This document shows, piece after piece, positions 1 to 16,896 of a DNA stretch of 64,000 nucleotides. Each line of letters opens with the position of its first letter. Position 1 is the first letter of the stretch. A program made the position numbers and the translations under genes. Under the pieces are notes generated by a model. That model saw only the letters and a program-made list of their open reading frames with translations, was not told where the DNA came from and searched no databases. This DNA comes from the human T2T-CHM13v2.0 reference genome, Homo sapiens: NCBI RefSeq assembly GCF_009914755.1, contig NC_060933.1; one strand, given 5' to 3'.

Positions 1-2010
1 TTACACAAACAAGTAGACCCAAATGCCCACTTCTTTAAGAAAAGGAATTAGTCCTATTGCTGTTGAAGTGTCTTCTCTCTCCCAGACTGTACCTATGGCT
101 TCATGGGGAGTTCCTTATAATCAGTTGACACAGGAAGAAAAGACACAGGCCTAGTTTGCAGAGACTGCAGTCAATGGTGTGGCTGGATGATCAGTGTTTT
201 GGAAGAAACAAATCATGATTGGCAAATTAGTGACAAAGAAATTTGGGGAAGAGGCATGTAGATAGACCTCTCTGAATACTCAAAAAGCCATAAAGATATT
301 TGTGTCCTATGTGAATGTTTACCAAAGAGTGACTGTAGCAGAGGAAGATTTTAATAATCAAGCAGAGAGAATGATTTGTTCTCTGAATACCAGACAGTCT
401 CTTTCTCCAGCAACCCCTGTCATTGCCCAATAGGATCATGAGCAAAATGGCCATGGTGACCAGGCAGAGGTTATGCATGGGCTCAGCAACATGAATTTCC
501 ACCCATCAAGACTGACGTGGATATAGTCATTACTGACTTCGCAGAGACCAGTACTGAGCTCCCCATTTGGCACTATTATCTAGGGTGATCAGCCAGCTAA
601 TCTAGTGGCAGTTTGATTACATTGTATCACTTCTATCATTAAGGGGGCAGAGTTTTTCTTTACTAGAATAAACACTTACTCTGGATACAGAATTGCATAC
701 AATGTTTCTACCAAAACTACCCTGCATAGACTTACAGAATGCCTTATCCATCATTACGGTTGTCTACATACCATTGCTTCTGATTAAGGAATTCATTTCA
801 CAGCAAAAGAAGTACAATAATGGGCCCATATTTATGGAATTCATTGATCTTGCCATGTTTCTCACTATTCTGAAGCAACTGGCTTGATAGAATAGGGAAA
901 TAGCCTTTTGAAGTCTCATCTATAGCACCAGCTAGGTGACAATACTTTGCAAGACAGAGGCAAGGTTTTCCAGAAGGCTGTATATGGATTGAAGCAGCAT
1001 TGAACATATGGTGTTGTTTCCTCCAGAGCTAAGATTTACAGATCTATAAATCAAGGGCTGGGAAATGAAAGTGGTGCCGCTAAATATTACCCCTAGTGAC
1101 CCACTAGCAAAATTTTTGTTTCTTGTTCCCAAGACCTTCCCCTCTGCTGGCTTACAGGTCTAGTTTTATAAGGAGGAATGTTTCCACCAGGAGATACAAT
1201 GATGTTATTGAAATGGAAGTGAAGACTGGCATTCATCCACTTTGGACCCTTTATGCCTCTGAATCATGCAGCAAAGAAGGGAGCTATAGTGTTGGCTGGG
1301 ATAATTGGTCTTTAATACCAAGGGAAAACAATCTATTACTCCACAATGGAGGTAAGGACAAATACATCTGAAACACATGTAATTCTTTAGTGTCTCTTAG
1401 CATTAGCCCTGATTAAGGTCCAGTGATTAAGGTCAATGAAAAACCACAACCCAATCCACACAGTAGCATGAATGACCCAGATCCTTTAGGAATAGGAGTT
1501 TGGATCACTCTACCAGGAAAAGAAATACTAGATGAGGTTATTGCTAAAGGCAAAGGGAATACATAATGCGTAATAAAATAATATCAACTATGACTATGTT
1601 ACCAGTTACAGAGACATGGTTTGTAATTATGAGTAGTTCCTTTTTATTTTGTTGTGAATACATGTGTGTGTATACATACATATTAAACAAATATCTTTGC
1701 TCTCTTTCCTCTTTTTTCTCTTATGTTATGTACATAACATATATTGACTTTATGTCATTATCTAAGTATTATTGATTTAACATAAAAGTATTTAAAAAAT
1801 ATGAGAAGAGTAAACAGCACTCAAGGACTTTACCATTTCTTCTTAGAAAGGGACTAGTTCAATTTTAGCTGCATGTGGAATACAGTTGTATCATGTTAGG
1901 TGATACAACTTGTGACCTTGTTATTGTCTTTACTGAGGATCAAGTATGGTTTAAGGAGATATATGTCTGGGTGCCTAGTTGACAAGTTGGTTGACAAGTT
2001 GACAAGTTGT
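1..2010 (+). mobile_element. ERV-L (HERV-L-like) internal region, degenerate pol (RNase H, integrase) and downstream region; truncated by window start
   Basis: Broken reading frames give ERV-L motifs: FVSYVNVYQR (~298-330, cf. FVSHVNAHQR), WQFDYIV (~606), INTYSGY (~668), IASD*GIHFT (~773), EATGLIE (~871). Multiple stops and frameshifts. Followed directly by an MLT2 LTR. Confidence 0.88.
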
Positions 2011-2174
2011 GGAATTGGAATGGATAGTTGTATGTGTCAACTTGATTGGGCTAAGGAATGCCCAGATAGCCATTCAACATTGTTTCTGTAATGGTATGCT
2101 TCCAGAAGAGACTCACATTTGATTGGCAGACTGAGTAAGAAGGTTGTTCTCACCAATGCAGGTGGTATCATTAT

Positions 2175-4792
<2,618 letters not shown>

Positions 4793-5073
4793 ATCATCCG
4801 ATTTGTTGAGGCCCTGAGTAGAATGAAAAGAAAGAGGAAAAATAAATTTAATCTTTTCTAAAGCTGCAACATTCATTTTCTCCTGCCTCTGGAAATCGGT
4901 ATTTCTTGTTTTGTGCCTTAAGACTCAGATTGGAACTCCGTTCATTAGCTTCCTGGTTCTTGGGCCTTCAGGTTTGGTTTGGAACTACACCACTGGTTTA
5001 CCTGGGCTTTCAGCTTGCAGACAGCAATTGTGAATCTTCTCAGCCTCCACAGTCACATAAGCCAATCCCTCAC

Positions 5074-5085
5074 TATACATATATG

Positions 5086-5123
<38 letters not shown>

Positions 5124-5200
5124 TATGTGTGTGTGTATACACATATATATGTATATGTGTATATATATAGATAGTGTACATGTACATACACACACACACA
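5074..5200. repeat. Compound (TA)n/(CA)n/(TG)n microsatellite
   Basis: Alternating purine-pyrimidine tract visible directly. Confidence 0.95.
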
Positions 5201-5351
5201 AATGCTCCTTGACTTATAATGGGGTGATGTTTTGATAAACTCATCATAAGATAAAAAATACGTTGGTCTAAAATGCATTTAATACCTCCAATAAATCCAT
5301 TGTAATGCCAAAAAATTGTAAATTGAACCATCATAAGTTGAGGACTGTCTG
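5199..5351 (+). mobile_element. MER47-family (Tigger-derived) MITE
   Basis: TIRs CAAATGCTCCTTGACTTATAATGG and CCATCATAAGTTGAGGACTGTCTG; internal AAAATGCATTTAATAC. Confidence 0.8.
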
Positions 5352-5427
5352 CATGGATGTATGCAAGTGTGTGCGTGTGTGTGTGTGTTGTATTGCTTCT
5401 CTTTCTTTGGAAAGCCTTAGTAATACA

Positions 5428-5526
5428 GGGGACAGAAAATATATGAGAGCTGCCTGTACCTTCTACTCAATTTTGATGTGAACCTAAAACAGTTCTGAAA
5501 AATAAAATTTATGAATTTAAAAAAAT
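5428..5526 (+). mobile_element. L1MC-type 3' end fragment
   Basis: CTGTACCTTCTACTCAATTTTGATGTGAACCTAAAAC...AATAAA, then an A-rich end. Confidence 0.7.
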
Positions 5527-7609
5527 GCTGTTTGCAAAATTTTCCCAGCCACCTATCTCCATTGTTTGGTAAGAATGAAAGACTAAAGGAACTAACACAG
5601 AAATCCAGGTGCTAAAAAAATAATGCCAGTTAGCATTGAATTTGTCCCTAGGCTCTTCCTTACTACACAAATATCCTTTCCAATGGCTGGTTTAGGAAAA
5701 TTCGTTTATTTTCAGAAAGAATTAAAGGAAGAATAAAGGAAAAGAGGAGAAGGAGGAAGAGATATTAAAAGTAAATTCCTAGTAAAGAACTCTCCCAGGC
5801 GAATATTGTCACGAAGTAGAGGAAACTTACTACAAATTAAAATAATAATAATAACCTCTAGGGAGCAAGAGCAGAAAGCAGAACATATGTAACAGTCAAA
5901 ATAACTTAGGAAAGAGACTGAAGACTGTGTAATGATTTAAACTTTAGGAGATGGAGATCTTGGGAAACGATTTTTAATATTGAAATTTCATATTTGTAGG
6001 TTAAATTAGGGAAAGCAAAAAATAGTGCTAATAACCCAATGAATGACCCAGAAAACAATTTAAAAATTGGATTTTAAAAATGAAATGAAAATAGAGTTTA
6101 GAAATGAAAGAACATGAGTAGGTATGGAAGATGCCAAAGGAGATTTCCAAATGTATAATTAGAATCCATGCTGAAAAAATGGAAACCACAGAAAAGAACA
6201 AATATTTAAAATGTAATTCAAGAAAACTGTCTTTAAAAGAAGAATTGATTATATATTGAAAGATTAATCACCATGACCCTGGGATCAATCCAGAATGATC
6301 ACATGAATGTACAGCATAATAAATTTGCTGTACTTCAAAATAATCTTTTATTTTAAAGATTCTAAATATAATAATACCAAAGCAGTTATAAGAGAAAAAT
6401 AGCCTGACCTCTTACTTTTCCATAGCGACATTAAAATCAAGAAGTCAGTGAAGCAATATATGCAATTTTAAAGAACAAAAAACTCATTTCTGCTTGGCCA
6501 AATCCTCATTAAAATACAAAAGCAACAAACACACTTGAGAGAAGAGAGAACTTGCAGGAACTGAGGAAACGATATTCCCATGAACTATTCTTAAGAGAGA
6601 GAATAGAGCCAACGACGAAATAACTCAAAACATGGAGTAAATTTTAGTGAACATCTGTTTACACGTAGGACTAACAAAAAGATAAATTATGGTAAGGAAT
6701 ATTAAAATTAAGAAAATTTGGGAGCTAAAGGAAGAAAAAAACATAGAAGTAGTGACAATATGCTGGCAAAAGTCAAAATAGAATCCACAAACCTAAGAAT
6801 TAATTAATAAAAGTATAATTTTATATAAGAATGTGAAGTTAAACATTACAACACTGTGAAAGAAACTACTTAACAAGAAATGAATGGTGGGGGAGAAAAA
6901 GAAGGTAAGAAGGAAGAAATACATGAATTTTACATTGTTTCTAGTGGAAAAATGAAAGCACAAAATTATACATATATATGCATATATATGTTGTACATGA
7001 AATATTTATATAATATTTATACATATGTATGGTGTGTGTGTATATATTCTTAAGGATATAATATAAAGCTAACCATTAGAAGAAAATAAAAACTTTCTAA
7101 GTATCAGGAAAAAACAAAGTAAAACATAGTGACCACACATTGAACAATATCTAAAAATTTATTTACAAAAACAAGTCTTTTAACTCTGTAGGGCATTTTT
7201 TAAATATGCTCTAAACTCCCTAAACTCTATGCTTTATGGAAGAAAAATATGTAAATCACAGGGCCTAGAAATGAAAGACGGCCAAAGAATACTAGGATAT
7301 AAAAGCAAAAACAAAAAAAAATGATTTGTTAGAATCCTAATTGAGTTTAAAATTATGCAAGTAACCATTGAGTAAAACAAAAAAAAAAACAGATTTAAAA
7401 TACTGAATGGTACAATTAATTATGAAGATACAGCAGTTATTAAGACTTAGATGCCAGGTAGTTTAGCATCAACCTTTGCAAAATAAAAACTATATGAGAT
7501 TCAAATAGAAACCGTCAGAAATACACATCCATAGACAAAGACTCAAGCCAGCCAGCACATGACAAATCAAGTGAGCAAAAATCAGTATGATTATGAAGAA
7601 TAATTCAAT

Positions 7610-7960
7610 CAGTATTGCCTTGGTTTCACTACAATACCAGTTTTCTCAATCCCATTGACTTAAAACAGTAGCTATTTATTCTTGTGTTCAACACATGTTC
7701 GTCAAGAGTTGGAAGGGGCCTCTACTCAGCGTAATCACTCAGGGACCCAGAATGGCAGATCAGCCATGGTCTCTAACATTGCCAGTCACTGTAACTAATA
7801 GGAAAAAAAGCACCCTGGAGAAACTCATATTAGCAATTAAATAACACATATCATTTTGGCTTACAATTCATTACACTGCACCCACTCAATCACAAAGCCA
7901 GGAGAGAAATATGTAATTCTACCCTAGGTCCAGAGGTGGGGCAAGCCAGAACTATTTTGT
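7610..7960 (-). mobile_element. Old MLT1 (J/K-like) MaLR LTR
   Basis: TCACTCAGGGACCCAG, ACAATTCATT, AATATGTAATTCT motifs typical of a reverse MLT1. Confidence 0.55.
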
Positions 7961-8082
7961 AAACAAAAATAAAAATTAGAATATAATTAGTAAGATGTTT
8001 TGAGTAATAGATACAGATATGCTGTACATATAAATTGATTGATCTTGATTGGGCCATAAAATAAGTATTAAAAATTACTAAT

Positions 8083-8387
<305 letters not shown>

Positions 8388-8517
8388 TTACTAATGACAT
8401 TATGTGATCACAATCGAGATATTAGAAAATTTCAAAGACTAGAAAATGTTTTAAGGCTCTACTTCCAGAAATTTTATTTTTTAATTTAAACTACTTATGT
8501 AAAAAATAGCTATGATT

Positions 8518-8852
<335 letters not shown>

Positions 8853-9850
8853 TCAGTTAAAATTCAGTGTTAAACATTTGCTATTAATTATTAAAAATAA
8901 GAGTAAGTTGTATAAACATTTAACTTAAAAAGAAAAAAATGCAGAGATACAATTTAATAATAAAAAACTACTGAAGTGGCAAAAAAAAGTTGAAGTAACA
9001 ATCTAAAAGGTGATTCTTTAAAAATTGTTTTTCAACTATACTTGACCTTATCAAGTAACCAATCAGAGAGTGAGGGGTGGTGAGAGGGAGAAAGAGATAA
9101 TAAGAAATACTAAAACAGGAAATAACTATAGAAACCGAGAAAATTAAAAGAGTGTAGAAGGAAATTATTAACTCTATACATATAAATTTGAAAATCTATA
9201 TAAAACTACTTTCTTTCTTGCAATTCAAAATGCACCAAACAGACTCAAGAAATAGTGAAAGATCTAAACAAACCAATTAACCTAAGAAGCGGCAGTGGTA
9301 AAAAGAGGAAATAGTTTTTAAATAACAAATCACAAATCAACAGCTCCAGATAGTTTCACCACATAATTTTACTAAATCATCAAATAAAAGGTAATCGCAA
9401 TGTTTTAAACTGTTTCAGATAATAGAAACAGAAGACTTTCTCCTAAAACATTCTTATGTATTAAATGCAATATATTACTGAAGGTCAGAAAAAATTATAA
9501 AAATCAGATATGCTAACTAATATCACTCATGGAAATCAATAAAAATTTAAACAAAATAAAATATTGACAAAGAGATTTCAGAGCACATTAAAATAATAAT
9601 TATATTAACTGTAATTCATTGAATTACAGTTAATATAAATTAAAGTGTGAATAGATCTAACTTACAAAATATATCCATTGTTGTTAAATAATTATTTGAT
9701 GAAAAGATTTTCCACATCTTTTTTATTAAACAATAGGTTCTTAAAAAAACAGAAATGGGTGGATAGTTCTTTTTAGTCTGCTAAACTTCTAAGGCCAGGA
9801 ACATTCTTTAAATGAAATGGGAAAATACTAGAATTATATCCATTTTGGCA

Positions 9851-10171
<321 letters not shown>

Positions 10172-10568
10172 CAAATTATATCTATTAAATATAAGAATAA
10201 TGCAAAAATTTCCACTGAAATCACTACTGTTTAATGTTGCTCCAAATGTTCTAACCAATGCAATTAGATAAGGCAAAAAAATAATAAGTAAACTCAGTTG
10301 CAAAGAAAGAGAAAAATTAGTTGCTTACAAATAACCTTTCTGCTACCTAGGAAACTCAAGAAAGCTAGCTTAAAAATTATCATAAACAAAAAGGTAACTC
10401 AACAGAGTTGGCTGGATACAAAATTATTGCACAGAAAATAATAAACTTCCTATATACACAATTGGTGATAGTAATAATAACATTAGTAGTGACCTCATTT
10501 ATAAGAGAAAAACAATTATAAATAAAATTCTTAAGAATAAACTTTAAGAAAACTACATAAGTAGAAAG

Positions 10569-10617
10569 AGGAAGGAAGGAAGGAAGGAAGGAAGGAAGGA
10601 AGGAAAGAAGGAAGGAA
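10569..10617. repeat. (GGAA)n tetranucleotide repeat
   Basis: Visible directly. Confidence 0.95.
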
Positions 10618-11742
10618 AAAATTCTAAGAGATAAAAGAAACCTTGAACAAATTGAAAGTCATATCATGTTCCTAAACATAAAACCAAAAAATCATAAAGA
10701 TGTCAATTCTCCATAATTAAATCAATACATTCAACGTGATCCTAATAAAATAATCTATGACAATTGTTTTAAAACTGCAAAAGATAATTATTCAGATAAT
10801 GCAAGAATAGCCAGAAGAACGGGAGGAAGGGAGGAAGGGAGGGAGGGAGAAATGAGAGAATTTCACCTATTTATCAAAATATATTTTAAAGCTCCAATAG
10901 TTAAAATGTCTAAAGTTTAATTGCCTTAAATACTGTCATAGTTATGCTTATGATGAAGGTAATGTCAATGCAGCGGGGTAAAAGATTTTCAATTACTGAT
11001 ACTTGGAAAAATAAATAGCTCTATGGGTAAGGAAATTTAATTCATAGTTCATACTTACATCAAGAAGAATTCTACATGTTAAATATTTGAATGTCACAAA
11101 GGAAAATAAAAGAAACCATAATGGTACTAAAAGAATATCTACAGGAATTTAAAAATTAATCTTGGCATGTAGAAAGCCTTTCTTACTATGGCATAAATCC
11201 CGAAGTTTAAAAAAAAAATTGACTAATTTTACTACAATTTTTTAAGTTTGAATTAAAAAAATCTTTATAAACAAAGCCAAAAGACAAATAGAACACTAGA
11301 AATAATTACTTACAAATCACATCACAATTAGCTAATTTATAAATATAAACAAAACACTTTTTAAAGCTTATCAGAAAAATACAATGAAACATTAGAAAAA
11401 TAATAATTTTTCTAATAATAAACAATTTGCTTAATGGAAAACATAATGAAATGATCTAAACATTGAAAAGAGAGTCTCACTCAAAATAAGATAGACACAA
11501 ATTAAAACTCTGGCCAGTTTTCACCTGATTGTCAAAGAACAAAAAGTTTGATCTGTGGCAGCAAATACTTAAAGAATCAGATAATCTCCTTCTATGTGAT
11601 AACTGGGTTAACTGGAATATCAACCCTAAGGAAATTTAACAAAAAGCACCCATATTATAAATGCAGTTATCATTTTCTGCTTAGATTCTACATCTATAAA
11701 TTATCTCATAATTATGTTTGCATTCCTCTGAGATGATATATG

Positions 11743-11890
11743 CTGGGCTGATATTGAATAGTAGATTTAGTTACAGCCAAACTTTCATTTACAGCTGACA
11801 TCTGCTTGATTGGTCTGTTCTCTGTCTGTCCTCATTGGTTTCTACCCATGCCATACTGGCAGTTGTTAAATATTTTGAGTATTATCCCTG
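11743..11890 (-). mobile_element. Short hAT-like DNA-transposon MITE (family uncertain)
   Basis: Imperfect TIRs CTGGGCTGATATTGAA and TTGAGTATTATCCCTG; GC-richer than the flanking L1. Confidence 0.5.
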
Positions 11891-12414
11891 ATATTACTTA
11901 TTGCTGAGTATTGTATATAGAAGCTAGAGAATGGAAATGACATTATTTCATTATTTATTATTAGAAAAATGGAAAATAAAACCCCATTGAAATGCCACTA
12001 CACATCTAACAGAATAGAGAAAGAAAAAGAAAGAAGAAAAGAAAAGAAAGAAGAAAGAATGAAAGAAAGAAAGAGAAAGAAAACTTCCAAGTTCTGAAGA
12101 GATACAGAACAACTAGAACTCTCATAGATTGCTGTAATATGAAACAGCTGCTTTGGAAAACAGCTTGGCACCTCATAGTTTCTTACAAAATTAAACACAC
12201 ACTTACCATACAAAGCAGGCATGCCAGTCCAAGAGAAATTACTCTTATGTTCACACAAAATCTGCATGCAAATGTTGATTGTGACATTATTCATAATTGC
12301 CCAAAGAGGGAACATCTCAAAGGCCTTTCAACTGATGAATGAACTGTGGTACATCTAAGCAATGGAATATTATTAAATTAAAAATCTATGTATATACACA
12401 TAATATATATTTTA

Positions 12415-12712
12415 GGCCGGGCGCAGTAGCTCACGCCTGTAATCCCAGCACTTTGGGAGGCTGAGGCGGGTGGATCACGAGGTCAGGAGATCGAGACCAT
12501 CCTGGCTAACACGGTGAAACCCCGTCTCTACTAAAAATACAAAAAATTAGCCTGGTGTGATGGCGGGCGCATGTAGTCCCAGCTACTCGGGAGGCTGAGG
12601 TGGAGAACGACGTGAACGCGGGAGGCGGAGCTTGCAGTGAGCCGAGATCGCGCCACTGCACTCCAGCCTGGGCGACAGAGCGAGACTCTGTCTCAAAAAA
12701 AAAAAAAAAAAA
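12415..12712 (+). mobile_element. AluY (no clear TSD)
   Basis: AluY diagnostic bases and poly-A. Confidence 0.95.
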
Positions 12713-12994
12713 TTTCTTTTTTGAATATTTTATTTGTTTTCTCATTAAAGAAACTTAGATGGAGACAGACCAGGCTCACAGCACAGCACAGTGCTGTGGC
12801 CCACCATGCTACTGACAGGTCAGATTTCTTTTATTTTTTTTCCTCTCACTGTATTTGGCGTGCTCACTACACTTAGCACATAGCTTTTCCTAACATGGTT
12901 GCACTAAAGATCCTGCACTTCCAGGTTTCTCATCTGCGTTTCAGCTCAGAGAAAATAGAGTTCAGGAAGTCTTTTGTTTTTCTTAATCATCCTC

Positions 12995-13325
12995 TTTTAG
13001 GTGTAATTTACATGCCATAAAATTCACCCATTTTAGTTGTACAATTCAGTATTTCTGGTGAATTTGCCAGAAATATTGAGCAATCATCACCACAATTATT
13101 TTAGAACATTTCTTAACTCCAGAAAGCTCCCTAATGCTCTTTTTCAATCAATTCCATCACCAACCTCAGCCCCAGATAATCACTAATATGATACTTTCTG
13201 TATCTACAGATTTGCCTTTTCTGGACACTTCAAATATATGGAATTATGCAATATATAGTCTACTGCTTTTCACTTATTTCACTTAGCATAATGGTTTGAG
13301 TTTCATCCATGTTATAACATGTATC
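12995..13325 (-). mobile_element. L1MB/ME 3' UTR fragment
   Basis: AAAATTCACCCATTTTAG, TTTGCCTTTTCTGGACA, TTTCACTTAGCATAATG. Confidence 0.8.
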
Positions 13326-15042
13326 ACAAAAACAGACAGAACCCAGAGGTCGATTTAAAGATTAAGAAAAACCTGGTGAGCAGAATGAGTAAGACAACAA
13401 AGGGTGGGAGTTAACAACAAATGAAATTGGGGCACTGAGCACAGTGCAGTTCTGATAAAGTCAGACATTGAAGGCAAATATATTGAATTCTGAGATCTGC
13501 TAGAGATTACCAATTATATAGAACAAACACTTCTTGTAACAAGGGCAGCTGCATAAAGCAGATCACCATGTCATACGGAAATTCTATGCCTTTCTGTGGT
13601 GACTGCGTGAGTGCAGAGTGGGTTTATTCACATACAAACAAAATAAAGCAAGAGCTTAGTTACAGAGCCTCCCTGTTTATTTCACTTGATAACCTAAAAT
13701 AATGTGATAATTAATAACAACCCCCTGAATATGGCAAACACCTAGAAATGACAGCAAAATACAACAAAATTCCCTTTTGCATGCCTAATTGAGCATATTA
13801 CGAAATTCCGAGGTGTCAGATAATAAAAGGAAAATGACAACCAGAATTGATAAAAGCCTGAATATTCATAGTAAAGAAACATAATTCCAGAAATGGATAA
13901 ATAAAACTAATACAATGGAGATGCATTGCAGTATTTGGCTGTGACACATTCTGGACTGAAGAAAGAAATCTTAAAAAGCAATTAGAAAAATAAACAGACA
14001 ATTTATCCAAAAAATCAATTAAATAAATCTGAGCTTTATAACTCAGTTACAAAGAAAAACAATATACCAGGAATAAGAAAAACAATGAAAAAGTGTTTTT
14101 CAAAACATAATGATCAAAAGAAAAGAAGGTATAAATTCTAATCTCATAAAATAAAATCAAAGTGAAAATACAATGAAAGGAAAAATATCTAGTGAAAACT
14201 TTACCAATCCAAGACATAAAAGGAAAAGGAAAGAGAGGATAGGAAATGAAAACAGAAAATAAAATGGTAGAAAAAAATATAATTACAATAAATATAAATG
14301 GACTAAATGAAATGGTTAAAAATGTGTCTAGATTCCCAATCTGGTATAAAACAAAAAATAAAGTTCAATGACACACTATTTATAAGTGATACAAAATAAA
14401 ACAAATAACATATAAAATGATCAGAAATGAAAAGGTGAAAACTAAATAAATAAATGAAATAATAAATGGTGTGCAAAGAAAGAAAATAAGACATTTGGTG
14501 TAAGCAGAAAACTGAGATAACACAGTAAAAAGAATATCAAGTGAGGTATTTATTTTCTTACTCTTAAGTTTCAAAATGAACATTGTAACATCAGGTCATT
14601 TCAAAGTATGTTTTTGTACTCTTGTTTATGCAATTATGTGTTCATAGCATTCTTAACACTTGAATCTCTATGTGTGTTTACCCAAGCTAATTTTTCCTCT
14701 GAAAATAGAAAAAATGTTTTTCTTTGTTTTTCAAAATTTTCATCACAGTTTTTTTTTTTTGCATATTTTACTTTCAAAATTGTAGACTTTAGTTGTATTT
14801 TTTCAGAGATTAGAGTTGAGTTTTCACAGGAGTGGTTTATATCCTGCTGATACTCCCACACAGAGACTTAATTAGAACATAACAATAACTGACGTATATT
14901 TCAAAAAATAGAGAATTATATTTCTCATCTCAATTAATAAACATAAATGCTATTATCATAAATAAATGAGTAATGTAAGGGATTGCACAATTTTGAGCAC
15001 TCATTTGCTCATAAATCTTTTTATTCAAAATTTGCATTCTGT

Positions 15043-15172
15043 CCAGCTACTTTTTTTGTGGAGATGGGTTTTTGCCATGTTGCTCAGTCTCGTCTTGAGC
15101 TCTTAGGCTCAAACAATTCACCCGCCTCAGCCTTCCAAAGTGCTGGGATTGTGTGAGCCACTGCGTCTGGCC
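15043..15172 (-). mobile_element. AluJ/FLAM left-monomer fragment
   Basis: CCAAAGTGCTGGGATT...GAGCCACTGCGTCTGGCC. Confidence 0.85.
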
Positions 15173-15279
15173 TTTTCCTCTTTTCAACACTTTAAATATT
15201 TCACTATCTACTCATTTGCAAGGTTTTTAACGAGAAGTACCTGTAATATAAAATTTTCTTTTTTCTTTGATATTCTGAA

Positions 15280-16890
15280 TGTTTTCTCAATTCATGGCTT
15301 AGCTCTTCATTTTCTCAATGGAATTTTTAATGTGCAGAAATTTTTAATTTTGAAATCTAATTTTTACCTTTTTTTCTTACAGGCTTTAGGGGTTTTGTGT
15401 CTTGTTTAAGCAATATTTGCTTTTCTAAGTTCATAAGATGTTCTCCAATATTTTCATCTAGAAATTTTAGGATTTGCTTTTGTCTATAATCAAATGTTGA
15501 GTTAAATTTTTAATGTGGTATGGTAGGAAATGAGGGCAATGTTTTTCTCCACAGTTACCAGTTGCCATACAGACTATAATTTTGTCATTTAATTACCTTG
15601 GCGCATTCATTGCGAATCAGTTGTCTTCATACATGTGAGTTTATTTCTGGACCCTCTATTCTGTTCAAGAGATTAATATATTGATCCTTATATTACTACA
15701 AACCTCTTTAGTTACTATTGCTTTAGCAAAAGACTTGAAATCAAGTAGTATAAGTCCTTCAAACTTGTTCATCCTTTTCAACAGTGTTTTGGCTATTCTA
15801 GGAACTTTAAATTTCCTTTTAGATTTTAAAATCTAGGATCATTTTTAGTATTTACATGAAAGCAAAGCCCAGTGTTAATGTGATTGGAATTGCATTGAAT
15901 CTATCAATAAGCTTAGGAAGAACAAACTCTTTATCAATATTAGGTCTTCTTTTCCATAAATATGGAATATCTCTTTGTTTATATAGATCTTTATCTCAAA
16001 AATTTTAAAATGTTTATTGTACAAGTACTATACATCTTTGCGATATTAAGAAGTGTTCAGTGGTTTTAAATGCTGTTAAAATACAAATTTTAAATATTGT
16101 TTTTCAGTTGCTGCTTTTGTATATAAGAATATAATACAGTTTTAATATTGACTTTATATCTAATACATTGCTAAATTAGGTTAGCAGTTCTATTGTTTTG
16201 TAGGTTCTTTATAATTTTCTCCATACATGCCATTCTGCAAAATAAAAGACAATTGTATTTCTTCATTTCAAGTATTTATTCCCTTTCTTTTTTTGCCTTA
16301 TTCTCTGTCTCAAAATGAAAGTATTTAAAATTGTGCAATTTAAGTATGATGTTACCAGTAGATTTTTTCTTTTGTAGATGTCTATTACTGATTTAGGAAG
16401 TATTATTTTATTCCTAGTTTCTTGAAAGCTTTCTTATCAAGAATAAATGTTGAATTTTTTTGCTAGCTTTTGTGCATATTGATTATAAGTATATGGTTTT
16501 CTCCTTTTTATTTTTACATTTGCATTGATTGATTGAATGTATTATAAAAATTAATTATTTCTGAATTAACTTTCCCTAAGTTTGTGGAGGACTTTTGTGT
16601 CTATATAAATGTAAACATAATTTAATTTCTCATAATGTTAGTTTTGATATCATAGTCAACCTAGTTACATAAAATGAATTGGTAAGAGTTTCTTCTCTAT
16701 TTTCAGAAAGACCTTGTGTAAAACGGACGTTATTTATTTTTAAAATAATTGATAGAACATACTAGTCAAGCCATATTTGTAGGACACTTTCTCTGTGAGA
16801 AGATTGATTAGAAATCTTTTTTTATTAATATAAGAAACTTTATACTTTCTTTTTCTATTTTATTTTAGACAGTTGGTGTCTTTCAAAAAC
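15280..16890 (-). mobile_element. Old L1M ORF2 fragment (continues at ~26570-28610)
   Basis: T-rich; reverse ORF2 motifs TTGGCTATTCTAG, GGAATTGCATTGAATCTAT, AAGCCATAT. Confidence 0.8.
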
Positions 16891-16896
16891 TTTATT

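Noticed and set aside
4906-5334. Tyr/Ile/His/Cys-rich ORFs on both strands
   Set aside because: Translation of the microsatellite.
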